A stretch of 64,000 nucleotides of DNA, from positions 15,314 through 79,313 of the forward strand of contig JAQVJU010000001.1 of assembly GCA_028694995.1 (NCBI GenBank). The letters are read 5' to 3'. Numbering within the stretch: the first letter of the stretch is position 1; each line of letters begins with the position of its first letter. The notes beneath the pieces were generated by a model. That model ran no database searches and had not been told where the DNA came from. It saw nothing but the letters and a program-made list of their open reading frames with translations. The translations under genes and the position numbers were made by a program. Source of the DNA: Minisyncoccota bacterium. Lineage in GTDB: Bacteria; Patescibacteriota; Minisyncoccia; UBA6257. Shown here in pieces: positions 46,034-55,606 of the stretch.

Positions 46034-46417
46034 TTATTTACCTACTTCACTCATTTCGTTTATTGTATTGTTTCCTATTGTTAAATCAACTTCAAGAACA
46101 TTTTCAATTACTTTAGTTATTGCGCTTGCCATTAAAACTACACCAATTCCTACTAAAGCCCAAATTAAAGTCTTTTGAGCTGTTTCTATCTTTTGCTGAT
46201 TTCCAGCAGAAGTCATATATAAATAACCTGCATAAACAATGAGTATTGCACTTACTATTACAGCCAAACTCTTTAAGAAATTAATTATAGCTTCTATTAA
46301 ACTGGTAATGGTTGTAATTTCTTTAAAGGGATTTTTAAATGCAAAATCTTGCCCTAATGCTGGTAAAGCTATTAAGAAAATTGTTAATAGACTAATTATA
46401 AAAATAAGATTTTTCAT
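46034..46417 (-). CDS. small secreted helical-hairpin protein, paralog B
   Basis: Signal peptide (..ALPALGQ); core ILIVYAGYLYMTSAGNQQKIETAQKTLIWALVGIGVVLMA aligns with paralogs A and C. Confidence 0.5.
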   Translation of the reverse strand: MKNLIFIISLLTIFLIALPALGQDFAFKNPFKEITTITSLIEAIINFLKSLAVIVSAILIVYAGYLYMTSAGNQQKIETAQKTLIWALVGIGVVLMASAITKVIENVLEVDLTIGNNTINEMSEVGK

Positions 46418-46436
46418 TTTGTTAAGTTAATTAAGA

Positions 46437-47276
46437 TTAATGAATATACGAAGGGATACAATAAACAAAAGCCTTGCCTTGTGGCTGCTTTGTTGCTGTG
46501 TTTTCAAAAGTACAAGTCCAACCAGTTTTTGTACTCTCTGATTGCAAAATCTCAGTTGTAGAATCTAAGGCAAAACAAAAACCTTCTTTTAAATAATAAT
46601 AATTTGGTTCACAATAAGCTGTTCCAAAAGCCTGCTTGCAATCTGCTTCCATATAGTCATAACAATAGATTGACTCTTCTGCCCATTTACCATAGCTAGC
46701 TACATCCCAATATTTTTGCTCTATTTCAGTTTTCCTGCTTTGTATTTGTTCCTCAAGACTGGGGGTGGGAGGAAGATTGCTGTCAGAATTAGAGGAAGAA
46801 AAGCTTGGCGGTTGTGAAGATTGAGGAGGTTGTGGGGATTGTGGCTTCACCTCTTCGCATTCAATTTTCCACCAAGTGCCAGTATAATACTCTGGGTCAA
46901 GTTCTCCTGTGAAATTAATAAGAAACCAGAATATTGTATTAACAATTACCCAAGCAGCTAAAATAATTATTAGCCCCATGATAGCATTGTAAATTGTTTT
47001 TTGTCCTGTTCTGATATTCTCTTCTTTACCTGCTGAAAAAATCCAAAGAAACCCTCCATAAACTATTAAAATAACAATAATTAAGAAAGCTATTTCTATG
47101 GCAAAATACACTACATTTTGAGCTAATTGTAATAGATGACAGATATTACATTCTGGTTCTGAAGGCCCTCCACAAGGAACTAATCCAGCTGCCTGAACAA
47201 ACAAAGGAAAACAATAAAAACCAATCATTAAGAAAAAGATAATTAATTTCTGAGTTATTTTGTTTGTATTTTTCAT
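46437..47276 (-). CDS. paralog C: helical-hairpin module fused to a Pro/Gln/Ser linker and a Cys-rich C-terminal ectodomain (279 aa)
   Basis: Core ILIVYGGFLWIFSAGKEENIRTGQKTIYNAIMGLIIILAA; linker PQSPQPPQSSQPPSFSSSNSDS; C-terminal domain with about 8 Cys. Confidence 0.5.
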   Translation of the reverse strand: MKNTNKITQKLIIFFLMIGFYCFPLFVQAAGLVPCGGPSEPECNICHLLQLAQNVVYFAIEIAFLIIVILIVYGGFLWIFSAGKEENIRTGQKTIYNAIMGLIIILAAWVIVNTIFWFLINFTGELDPEYYTGTWWKIECEEVKPQSPQPPQSSQPPSFSSSNSDSNLPPTPSLEEQIQSRKTEIEQKYWDVASYGKWAEESIYCYDYMEADCKQAFGTAYCEPNYYYLKEGFCFALDSTTEILQSESTKTGWTCTFENTATKQPQGKAFVYCIPSYIH

Positions 47277-47313
47277 CTTTCTTTTATTTTAATCCTTTTT
47301 ATATTTAATTAAA

Positions 47314-48627
47314 TCATTGTCTTTGTTTCCAAAAAAGATTAATGTTGTCTCGTGCTATTCCAATAGCTCTTGCTGGTTCTTCACCTTTTAAAAGAACCCC
47401 GTTAATCATTTCTTGAAAAATCTTTTTTATATCTTGAAAATTGTATTGATACCAATTATAAGTTGTTAAAAGTTGCCTGATAAAAACTCCACTATCTAAA
47501 TCATTGAGAGATTCATTAATCAAGTCAAGCCGAGCCGGGGGGTTTTTAGTTTGATTAAAATAAGATTGAGCAATGTTCTTTTGATTAAAAAATTTCAAAA
47601 AATCCCAACTTGCTTTTTGATACTGAGAAGACTGGATCACTGCTAAAACCATTGTTTGTCCATAATTAATTCTTGAAGAAGAACCATCAATAAATTGAGA
47701 TAAAGCAGTAACTCCATAACTTAAATTAGGACTGTATCCCTCTATTATTTTTTTTGCTTGATTATATCCTATCATCATCACTGTTTCTCCTCGACTAAAA
47801 GCAATTATTGAATTATCCATATTATCATTCCAGGTATAATATCGAGAATAAGGGTTTGCAAATTGAGTATAAAAATTTATAGCTTCTTCTCCAGGGACTA
47901 TAGATTTATTCCCTCTTTCAACAGCTCTATCAAAAATTACCCTTTTTTCAGATAAATCAACCATTTCACTGCCATATTGCATCATTAGGGCTGAGAGAAT
48001 ATCTGTTTCCCATTCAATATTAGAAGCCAAACCTAAGGCAATTGCTGCTCTGCTAATGCGTCCTTGGGGATTCACTTGCCTTAGAGTAGGTATTAAGTCA
48101 AGAATCTCTTCCCAAGTGGTTGGCGGCAAAACTATATTATAATGCTTAAAAACATCCTGGTTATAATAAAGAACTAAAGTATCAGTATAAAGAGGTAAAC
48201 CTAATAAATGATTATCTTCAATTATTCCACTCAGAGATATTGGCGAATAATCCTGCTTTAAATCAAAAACATTAAAATATTTATCTGTATTTAAATCCAA
48301 AGGGTAGATTTTATCTTGATAAACAGGCAACCAATTATCTTGAAGCATTAAAATATCAGGCGCCTGATTATCTGCAAAAGCCCTTAAAAGATCTTCATGA
48401 TAAGTCTTTTCGTCTTTTAAGGTATAGTTAACAGTAATATGAGGATATGATTGATTGTAAGCTTGAGTTATGAGCTCAAAAGCCAAAGGATCATCTCTTA
48501 TTCCCCAAATTTCTAAAGTAATTGGTTTTGGGCGGACTTTTCTAAAAAAAATACCAGCAAAAGCAATCAAAAAAATAACAACAAAAGCGATTAAAACAAT
48601 TTTTTTTTGATGAGATGTTAAAGACAT
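47314..48627 (-). CDS. ABC transporter substrate-binding protein, family 1 (sugar type), membrane-anchored
   Basis: N-terminal TM, then an SBP_bac_1-like region starting ITLEIWGIRDDP...ITVNY. Confidence 0.5.
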   Translation of the reverse strand: MSLTSHQKKIVLIAFVVIFLIAFAGIFFRKVRPKPITLEIWGIRDDPLAFELITQAYNQSYPHITVNYTLKDEKTYHEDLLRAFADNQAPDILMLQDNWLPVYQDKIYPLDLNTDKYFNVFDLKQDYSPISLSGIIEDNHLLGLPLYTDTLVLYYNQDVFKHYNIVLPPTTWEEILDLIPTLRQVNPQGRISRAAIALGLASNIEWETDILSALMMQYGSEMVDLSEKRVIFDRAVERGNKSIVPGEEAINFYTQFANPYSRYYTWNDNMDNSIIAFSRGETVMMIGYNQAKKIIEGYSPNLSYGVTALSQFIDGSSSRINYGQTMVLAVIQSSQYQKASWDFLKFFNQKNIAQSYFNQTKNPPARLDLINESLNDLDSGVFIRQLLTTYNWYQYNFQDIKKIFQEMINGVLLKGEEPARAIGIARDNINLFWKQRQ

Positions 48628-48639
48628 GATTTTTATATT

Positions 48640-49185
48640 TTAGGCTCTGGCTTTGGGTAATTTTGCCAAAAACCCATAATGAGTAATGCCTAAAGATAAT
48701 TCTCTTTCTAATTGAAAACCTGATTTTTCAATTAGGTTTAATGCATCTTCTTTTGAAAAAGGCAATAATTGTTTTTGCGCTGGTAGTTTATCAGGATTCC
48801 ACTCTATAACTACAAGATAGCTTTCTGGTTTTAAAACTCTCTTAGCTTCTAAAAGAAACTTTTCTTTATTTTCTACTTGAAAAAGAACATTGGCTATTAA
48901 AACTAAATCACAAGAACCATTAGGTAAATTACTGCCTCTTTCCTCTTCTAAATTAGCCCATCGTGTTTCTATAATCGGCAAAAGGCCTTCTGTTTTTGCC
49001 CTGAATTCCAAAGCCTCTAAAGAAGGTTTCCAAATATCAAGAGAAATCACTTTTCCTGAAGGCCTGACAAGTTTAGCCATGGCCAAACTAAAATAACCTG
49101 AACCGCTGCCAAAATCAGCCACTACCATTCCTTCTTTTAAAGGTAAGGTTCTGATTATTTCTTCTGGATTAAAAAAAGTATTCAT
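48640..49185 (-). CDS. class I SAM-dependent methyltransferase
   Basis: Motif I VADFGSGSGYFSLAMA and an acidic residue after beta-2 (ISLDIW). Confidence 0.7.
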   Translation of the reverse strand: MNTFFNPEEIIRTLPLKEGMVVADFGSGSGYFSLAMAKLVRPSGKVISLDIWKPSLEALEFRAKTEGLLPIIETRWANLEEERGSNLPNGSCDLVLIANVLFQVENKEKFLLEAKRVLKPESYLVVIEWNPDKLPAQKQLLPFSKEDALNLIEKSGFQLERELSLGITHYGFLAKLPKARA

Positions 49186-49230
49186 TAAAATTAAATTCTT
49201 TGTTATTAATTTTAATTATACCAAATTATC

Positions 49231-51693
49231 TTACAATAAAGTAATACTGGCAATTTTATCTCCTGATTCTAGTTTCATAATCCTGACCCCTTGGGTAGAA
49301 CGTCCTAAAACAGGAATACTTTGAAGCGGAGCTTTAATCACCTGGCCTTTTTGTGAAACAGCCACTAAAAATTCTTCATCTAAAGCCAAACGAGACTTTA
49401 CTAAATTACCTGTTTTAGCTGTAATTTTGATGGTTTTAATTCCCCGACCGCCTCTTTTTTGTTTTCGATATTCTCCTAAATTAGTTTTTTTACCAAAACC
49501 ATTCTCACTAATAACAATGATCTGTTGTTTATTTTTTTGTTCTTTTAATTCAATAGGAATTAAACTCACCACCTTATCATCTAAGGAAATTTTCATACCA
49601 ATAACTCCACTGGCTGAACGTTTCATTGCTCTGGCTTCTTTTTCAGAAAATCTAATAGATTGTCCTTTTTGAGAAGTTAAAATTATTTCTCCGCCCTTAG
49701 AAATTAAAGCCGCGCCAATAAGCTTATCATCTTTTGCTAATTTTAAGGCAATAATCCCACTACGGCGAATATTCTGATATTCTTTTAATAAGCTTTTTTT
49801 TATCATTCCTTTCTCAGTAGCCATAAATAAATAATATGAGCTTTGACTTTTCATATCTGCTGGACAATTAAATAAGACAACCACCTGTTCTTGAGGACCT
49901 AGGCTAATATAATTTTGGATTGTTTTTCCCCTAGAAGTACGCGAGGCTTCAGCTATTTCTATAGCGCGCAAAGAGAATAATCTGCCCTGGTCAGTAAAAA
50001 ACAAGATTTGGTCTCTGGTATTACAAGACACTAAATGAGTGATAATATCTTCTTCATTTTTAGCTTCATAACCAATCACTCCTTTCCCACCTCTTTTTTG
50101 GCCTTTAAAAGAAGAAGGACTAATTCTTTTGATATAGCCGTTTTTAGAAAAAGAAATCAATGTTTCCTGAGAAGGAATTAATTCTTCATCTGCTATTGCT
50201 TCTGGCAGATGGGCTTGTATTTGAGTGCGTCTTTCGTCTCCGAATTTTTCCTTTAGTTCTTGCACTTCTTTTTTAATAATTTCTACTATTTTTTTTGGTT
50301 CCTTGAGAATAAGTAAATATTCTTTTATTAACTTATTTTTCTCAGCTAATTCTTCTTCAATTTTATTTCTTTCTAATTTTGCCAGACTTTGTAATTTCAT
50401 TTCTAAGATAGCTTCAGCCTGTAATTCGCTAAAATGATACTTGGCCATTAATTTCTTCTGAGCTTCTTCTTTATTCTCTGAAGATTTGATTAATTTTATT
50501 ATTTCATCAATATGACTTAAAGCTTTTGCCAAACCTTCTAAAATATGAGCTCTTTCTTTAGCTTTTTTTAAGAGATATTCAACTCGTCGACGGATAATGA
50601 TTTTACGATGATTAATGTATTCTTCCAAAATATCCTTAATTGAAAGAACTTGAGGTTGCAAACCGTTCTCTGTCAAAGCCAACATATTAAAATGGAAGTT
50701 TTTTTCCAAAGCAGTAAATTTGAATAATTGATGAAGAATGCTCTTAGGAATAGCATTGCTTTTTAATTCAATAACAATTCTTAATCCATCTTTATCTGAT
50801 TCATCTCTTAAGTCTTTTATGCCTTCTATTCTTTTTTCTTCTACCAAATTAGCTATCTGAGCAATTAATTCAGCTTTATTCACTAAGTAAGGAATTTCAT
50901 TAATAATAATTTTTCTTTCTTTTTCTTCTATTATCTCTGCTTTTGCCCGACAGACAATTGTGCCCTTGCCATTAGCATAAGCTTCTAAGATATTTTGTTT
51001 GCCAAAAATAATGCCACCAGTAGGAAAATCTGGTCCTTGAATAAATTGCATTAAATCTCCTACTGAAGCATTAGGTTTATCTAATAAATAAATAATGGCC
51101 TCAGTTATTTCTCTTAAATTATGAGGGGGGATATTTGTTGCCATGCCCACAGCAATGCCCATAACCCCGTTTAAAATCAATTGAGGTATTTTAGCAGGTA
51201 AATAATTAGGCTCTTGTCTCGTGCCATCATAATTAGGAGAAAAATCAACTGTTTCTTTATCTAAATCTTCTAAGATTTCTTCAGCTAATGGAGTTAATTT
51301 TGCTTCTGTGTAACGCATTGCTGCTGGCGGATCCCCATCAACAGAACCAAAATTCCCCTGACCCTTGATTAAAGGATAGCGTAAAGAAAAATCTTGAGCC
51401 ATTCTTACTAGGGCATCATAAACCGCAACATCACCATGGGGATGATATTTTCCTAAAACTTCTCCAACCACTGAAGCGGATTTTCTTGATTTTGCTCCTG
51501 AAGTCAAACCAATTTCTTTCATGGCAAAAAGAATTCTTCTCTGAACAGGTTTTAAACCATCTCTGGCATCAGGTAAGGCGCGAGAAATAATAATTGACAT
51601 CGCATAATCCAAATATGAATCTTTTAATTCTTCTCCAATATCTCTCATTTCAATTGTCTCTTGTTTTTTCTCTTTTTTTTCTTTTTTTGACAT
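49231..51693 (-). CDS. gyrA: DNA gyrase subunit A
   Basis: [21 protein letters not shown], catalytic Tyr region [11 protein letters not shown]-terminal beta-pinwheel repeats. Confidence 0.9.
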   Translation of the reverse strand: MSKKEKKEKKQETIEMRDIGEELKDSYLDYAMSIIISRALPDARDGLKPVQRRILFAMKEIGLTSGAKSRKSASVVGEVLGKYHPHGDVAVYDALVRMAQDFSLRYPLIKGQGNFGSVDGDPPAAMRYTEAKLTPLAEEILEDLDKETVDFSPNYDGTRQEPNYLPAKIPQLILNGVMGIAVGMATNIPPHNLREITEAIIYLLDKPNASVGDLMQFIQGPDFPTGGIIFGKQNILEAYANGKGTIVCRAKAEIIEEKERKIIINEIPYLVNKAELIAQIANLVEEKRIEGIKDLRDESDKDGLRIVIELKSNAIPKSILHQLFKFTALEKNFHFNMLALTENGLQPQVLSIKDILEEYINHRKIIIRRRVEYLLKKAKERAHILEGLAKALSHIDEIIKLIKSSENKEEAQKKLMAKYHFSELQAEAILEMKLQSLAKLERNKIEEELAEKNKLIKEYLLILKEPKKIVEIIKKEVQELKEKFGDERRTQIQAHLPEAIADEELIPSQETLISFSKNGYIKRISPSSFKGQKRGGKGVIGYEAKNEEDIITHLVSCNTRDQILFFTDQGRLFSLRAIEIAEASRTSRGKTIQNYISLGPQEQVVVLFNCPADMKSQSSYYLFMATEKGMIKKSLLKEYQNIRRSGIIALKLAKDDKLIGAALISKGGEIILTSQKGQSIRFSEKEARAMKRSASGVIGMKISLDDKVVSLIPIELKEQKNKQQIIVISENGFGKKTNLGEYRKQKRGGRGIKTIKITAKTGNLVKSRLALDEEFLVAVSQKGQVIKAPLQSIPVLGRSTQGVRIMKLESGDKIASITLL

Positions 51694-51702
51694 AGATTAA
51701 TT

Positions 51703-52341
51703 TTATTGCTTATTCAAAACAATTAACTTAGTTTCTTCTGGTAAGGTGTTTTTCCTAATAATCAATTTATCAACTGTTTCTGGTTTTTTACCTATTGCTT
51801 TTACAAATTTATCAAGAGGGTCAAGCTTAATTTTTAATTGAGGCAAGGCATAATGCATTGGAATAATTATCTTTGGTTCAATTTGATTGATAAAAGAAAT
51901 TGCTTCTTCATAGTTAATAGTATAATTTCCTCCAACAGGCACTAAAAGAATATCAGCCTCTCCAACCTTTTCTAAAGATTCTTCTCTTAATTGTGGTTCT
52001 CCTAAATCTCCTAAATGACAGATGGTAATCTCTTCTGATTTTATTAAAAAGATAGTATTTTCACCTCTGCTTTGCCCTCTTTTTTTATCATGAAAACTTT
52101 GTAATCCATCTATAAAAATACCTCCCATTTCCAATTCTCCTGGCCCTTCTAAAACAAAAGGCTCACCCATAATAACGCTTTTGTTATTATGGTCTTCATG
52201 TTGATGAGTAATCAAAAGAATATCTGCTTTAAAACGAGAAGGTTTTAAACCTGTTGCTTTTTCTGAATAAGGGTCAATCGCTATAATTTTCCCTTTAGTT
52301 TCTAAACGAAAAAAAGAATGTCCAAACCACTGAATAATCAT
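51703..52341 (-). CDS. MBL-fold metallo-hydrolase
   Basis: HQHEDHNN motif (HxHxDH). Confidence 0.7.
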   Translation of the reverse strand: MIIQWFGHSFFRLETKGKIIAIDPYSEKATGLKPSRFKADILLITHQHEDHNNKSVIMGEPFVLEGPGELEMGGIFIDGLQSFHDKKRGQSRGENTIFLIKSEEITICHLGDLGEPQLREESLEKVGEADILLVPVGGNYTINYEEAISFINQIEPKIIIPMHYALPQLKIKLDPLDKFVKAIGKKPETVDKLIIRKNTLPEETKLIVLNKQ

Positions 52342-52374
52342 ATATCTTATATTATCATTTTAAAATTATTATTT

Positions 52375-53163
52375 CTAATAAACTGATTTATTAAACACTC
52401 GTGTACTTAAGAAAGTAATCACAATATTAAACCCTAAAAGAATAAAAATACTCAAAGGCAAAGAATGTGAAGTAATTAATAATATTTCTTCCTTAGGCAA
52501 AGAATCAGCAAGAATCACCCAACGTAAAGCATCAATGCCATAATTTAAGGGATTATAAAAAGCTATTCTGGCCATCCATTCTGGCGCATTGCTCAAAGGG
52601 AAAAAAGCTCCAGAAAGAAAAGCCATTGGGGCAAAAATAAGCTGGGAGATAATGGAAAAATTCTCTATTTTCTTAAGACGAGAAACTAAAAAAATCCCTA
52701 AAGACGCCATGCCATAACTAATAAGAAAGATAACTAACATTGCTTTAATAAAAAGAAATTTACTAAAATCAAGGCCTAAATAGGGAATAATCAATAAAAT
52801 CAAAGCCCCTTGAATCAAAGCAGTTGTTGTTGCGCCTAAGATTTTTCCTAAGATAATAGTTGAGCGACTGATTGGCGATACTAAAATTTCTTTTAAAAAT
52901 CCAAATTCTCTATCCCAAACTATGGAGATTGTTGAAGAAACAGCCATAATACTAATACTTAAACCTAAGATACCAGGAAAAAAGAATTGAACAAAATCAT
53001 AATTTAAAGTGGAAACTGGAAACATGGTTTTTAATCCAGTGCCAAAAAAAATCAAGATAATTATTGGTAAAAATATGGAAGTAAAAAATTTAACCGCATT
53101 GCGTAAATAAATAAGAACCTCCCGATACCAGATTATATAAAGTGTTTTTAATTGTTTACCCAT
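52375..53163 (-). CDS. ABC-2 family exporter permease
   Basis: 262 aa, 6 TM, ABC-2 topology; overlaps the upstream ATPase gene. Confidence 0.7.
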   Translation of the reverse strand: MGKQLKTLYIIWYREVLIYLRNAVKFFTSIFLPIIILIFFGTGLKTMFPVSTLNYDFVQFFFPGILGLSISIMAVSSTISIVWDREFGFLKEILVSPISRSTIILGKILGATTTALIQGALILLIIPYLGLDFSKFLFIKAMLVIFLISYGMASLGIFLVSRLKKIENFSIISQLIFAPMAFLSGAFFPLSNAPEWMARIAFYNPLNYGIDALRWVILADSLPKEEILLITSHSLPLSIFILLGFNIVITFLSTRVFNKSVY

Positions 53164-54202
53164 TGTTTTTAAAAAATGAAAACAGAGAACAAAGAGTGAA
53201 AGGCTCTGACTCTTCTTCTATTTCTTTATTATCTCTGATTTTTCTACCAGTAATTTCCAAAAAAACATCTTCTAGAGTCGGCCTTCTTAATTCCATGGAA
53301 ATAATACGTGGACTAATTGCCTTTACTAAAACAGGCAGAAACTTATCACCATTTTCTACTTTAACCCTTAACTCTTTGCCAATCCATTTAATTGAATGAT
53401 TGGGAAACTTTGTTTGAATTTCTTTTTCTGCAATCTGATTATTCTCTGTTCTTAAGAAAATAATATCTTCTCCGATGGTTTTTTTTAAATTTTCTGGTGT
53501 GTCGAAAGCAACAATATCTCCCTGATCCAAAATAGCTATTCGGTCACAATTTTCAGCTTCGCTTAAATACTGAGTCGTTAAGAAAATGGTAATATTTTTC
53601 TTTTTTCTTAGGTTAAAAATGTAATCCCAAATTTTTCTTCTTGTCTGAGGATCTAAACCAATAGTTGGTTCATCTAGAAACAAAATCTGCGGCCAATGAA
53701 TTAAAGCCCTTACAAGCTCTAATCTTCTTTTCATACCACCAGAAAATGTTTCTACTCTAGCTTTCCTTCTATCCCAAAGCTCACAAAGTTTTAAAAGCTC
53801 TCTTCTGCGTTCAAGATATTCTTTCCTAGTTATGCCATAAAGCATTGCGTGAAGATACAAATTCTCTTCAGCTGTTAAATGATTATCTAAAATGGTTTCT
53901 TGGAAAACCAAACCAATAGAATTCCTAACTGCATTTGACTGATGAGTAATATGATAACCATTAACATAAGCCACGCCTGAACTTGGCTGTGAAAGAGTAC
54001 AAAGAATATTAATCGCTGTTGTTTTTCCAGCGCCATTAGGGCCTAAAAGACCAAAAACTTCCCCTTTTTTAACTGTAAAAGACACTCCATTAAGAGCCTT
54101 GATATGTTTGTATCTTTTTTTTAGGTTTTCTACCTGAATAACTTCTGAAATATTGTTTTGATTGTTTTCAATCTGCTCTTCTTTAGCCTTTAAGCTACTC
54201 AT
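53156..54202 (-). CDS. ABC transporter ATP-binding protein (ABC-2 exporter partner)
   Basis: Walker A GLLGPNGAGKTT, signature LSGGMKRRL, Walker B ILFLDEPT. Confidence 0.85.
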   Translation of the reverse strand: MSSLKAKEEQIENNQNNISEVIQVENLKKRYKHIKALNGVSFTVKKGEVFGLLGPNGAGKTTAINILCTLSQPSSGVAYVNGYHITHQSNAVRNSIGLVFQETILDNHLTAEENLYLHAMLYGITRKEYLERRRELLKLCELWDRRKARVETFSGGMKRRLELVRALIHWPQILFLDEPTIGLDPQTRRKIWDYIFNLRKKKNITIFLTTQYLSEAENCDRIAILDQGDIVAFDTPENLKKTIGEDIIFLRTENNQIAEKEIQTKFPNHSIKWIGKELRVKVENGDKFLPVLVKAISPRIISMELRRPTLEDVFLEITGRKIRDNKEIEEESEPFTLCSLFSFFKNNG

Positions 54203-54217
54203 ATAAAATCACTTTGT

Positions 54218-55228
54218 TTATTTTTTAATTAATCCCATTTTTTCTTTAACTTCCTGGATTGTCTGTTTTGCTATTTGAGAAGCGTATTTTCTGCCTTGTT
54301 CTAAAATTCTATTAACTAATGCTGGTCTTTTTTCATAAAATTTCCTTCTTTCTTGAATTGGTTTTAATTCTTCATATATTGCCTTAGCTAACTCTTCTTT
54401 TAATAACTTATACTGAATTCCTTGATTGCTAAGATAAAGTTTTTCATATTCTAATCTTTTTTTCTTTCCTTCAAATAATTCCACAAAAGTTAATAAAGCA
54501 AAAACCCCTCCTTTGTCAGGTATTTTTTTACCTTTGCCAATATCAGTTGGCACTTTAGTTAATTTATCTTTAATAACTTTTAAACTATCTACTAGGTTAA
54601 TATAGCTACCTTCTTTTGATTTTGACATCTTGCCTTGTCCAGTTAAAGAAGGGATATTGGCCAAAGGCATAAAATATGCCTTTGGTTCAGGAAAAGTCTG
54701 TCCAAAATGACGATTAAATGTTCTGGCTATTTCTCTAGTAACTTCTAGATGTGGTGACTGATCTTTACCCACAGGCACAAACTGAGTTTTGTAAAGTAAA
54801 ATATCAGCAGCCATTAAAACAGGATAATAAAAAAGCCCCATATTAATGTATTTTGGCTGTTCTTGTTTTTTTTCTTTATAGGTTGGCAATTGCTCCAAAC
54901 GAGAAACTGGATAAATAGTACTTAAGAGATAAGCTAATTCAGTATGCTCTGGCACTTGTGATTGAATCAAGAAATGGCATTTTTTAGGATCTAGGCCACA
55001 AGCTAAATAATCCAGAACTACTTTATCTATCTGTTCTTGAAATTTTTTGGGATTATAAGGAGAAGTAATCCCATGAAGGTCAACTATAGAATAAATACAA
55101 TCATAATCTTTTTTATTTTGCAGTTCCAAATATCCTTTTACTCCACCTAAATAATTACCCAAATGAAGAAATCCAGTTGGCCGAGTACCAGAGAAAACCC
55201 TAACTTTTGTTTTATTTTTTAAACTCAT
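54218..55228 (-). CDS. trpS: tryptophan--tRNA ligase (start trimmed to clear tRNA-Gly)
   Basis: FSGTRPTGFLHLGNYLG (HIGH-type) and GKMSKSK (KMSKS). Confidence 0.85.
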   Translation of the reverse strand: MSLKNKTKVRVFSGTRPTGFLHLGNYLGGVKGYLELQNKKDYDCIYSIVDLHGITSPYNPKKFQEQIDKVVLDYLACGLDPKKCHFLIQSQVPEHTELAYLLSTIYPVSRLEQLPTYKEKKQEQPKYINMGLFYYPVLMAADILLYKTQFVPVGKDQSPHLEVTREIARTFNRHFGQTFPEPKAYFMPLANIPSLTGQGKMSKSKEGSYINLVDSLKVIKDKLTKVPTDIGKGKKIPDKGGVFALLTFVELFEGKKKRLEYEKLYLSNQGIQYKLLKEELAKAIYEELKPIQERRKFYEKRPALVNRILEQGRKYASQIAKQTIQEVKEKMGLIKK

Positions 55229-55251
55229 TCTTTTGAAAATTAAGATAGTTG

Positions 55252-55325
55252 TGGAGCGGGTAACGGGATTCGAACCCGTGCCTGAACCTTGGAAGGGTTC
55301 CATACTACCACTATACTATACCCGC
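55252..55325 (-). tRNA. tRNA-Gly (anticodon UCC), CCA encoded
   Basis: Reverse complement GCGGGTA-TA-GTATAGTGGTAGTAT-G-GAACC-CTTCCAA-GGTTC-AGGC-ACGGG-TTCGAAT-CCCGT-TACCCGC-TCCA. Confidence 0.85.
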
Positions 55326-55606
55326 AAAAAAGAAGATCTTAAACAGATCTCTTTTTATATTTTAACTCTTTTTTATCTAAAAATCAATTTGATTATGCAA
55401 TCTCTCTTGGTCTTAATGAGTGAAAACAAGAAAGTCTTTATCTGTTTAATATTCATTGACATACATTAAAGTTTGTGATAACTTTTATTTGCTTTAATAT
55501 ATTAATCATTAAAACTTCTTGACATTTCTTTTGTTTTGTGATAATATTAGATTATAATATTTTTAACTTTAATACAATTTAATTTTAAAATAAATTGAAT
55601 AAAAAC

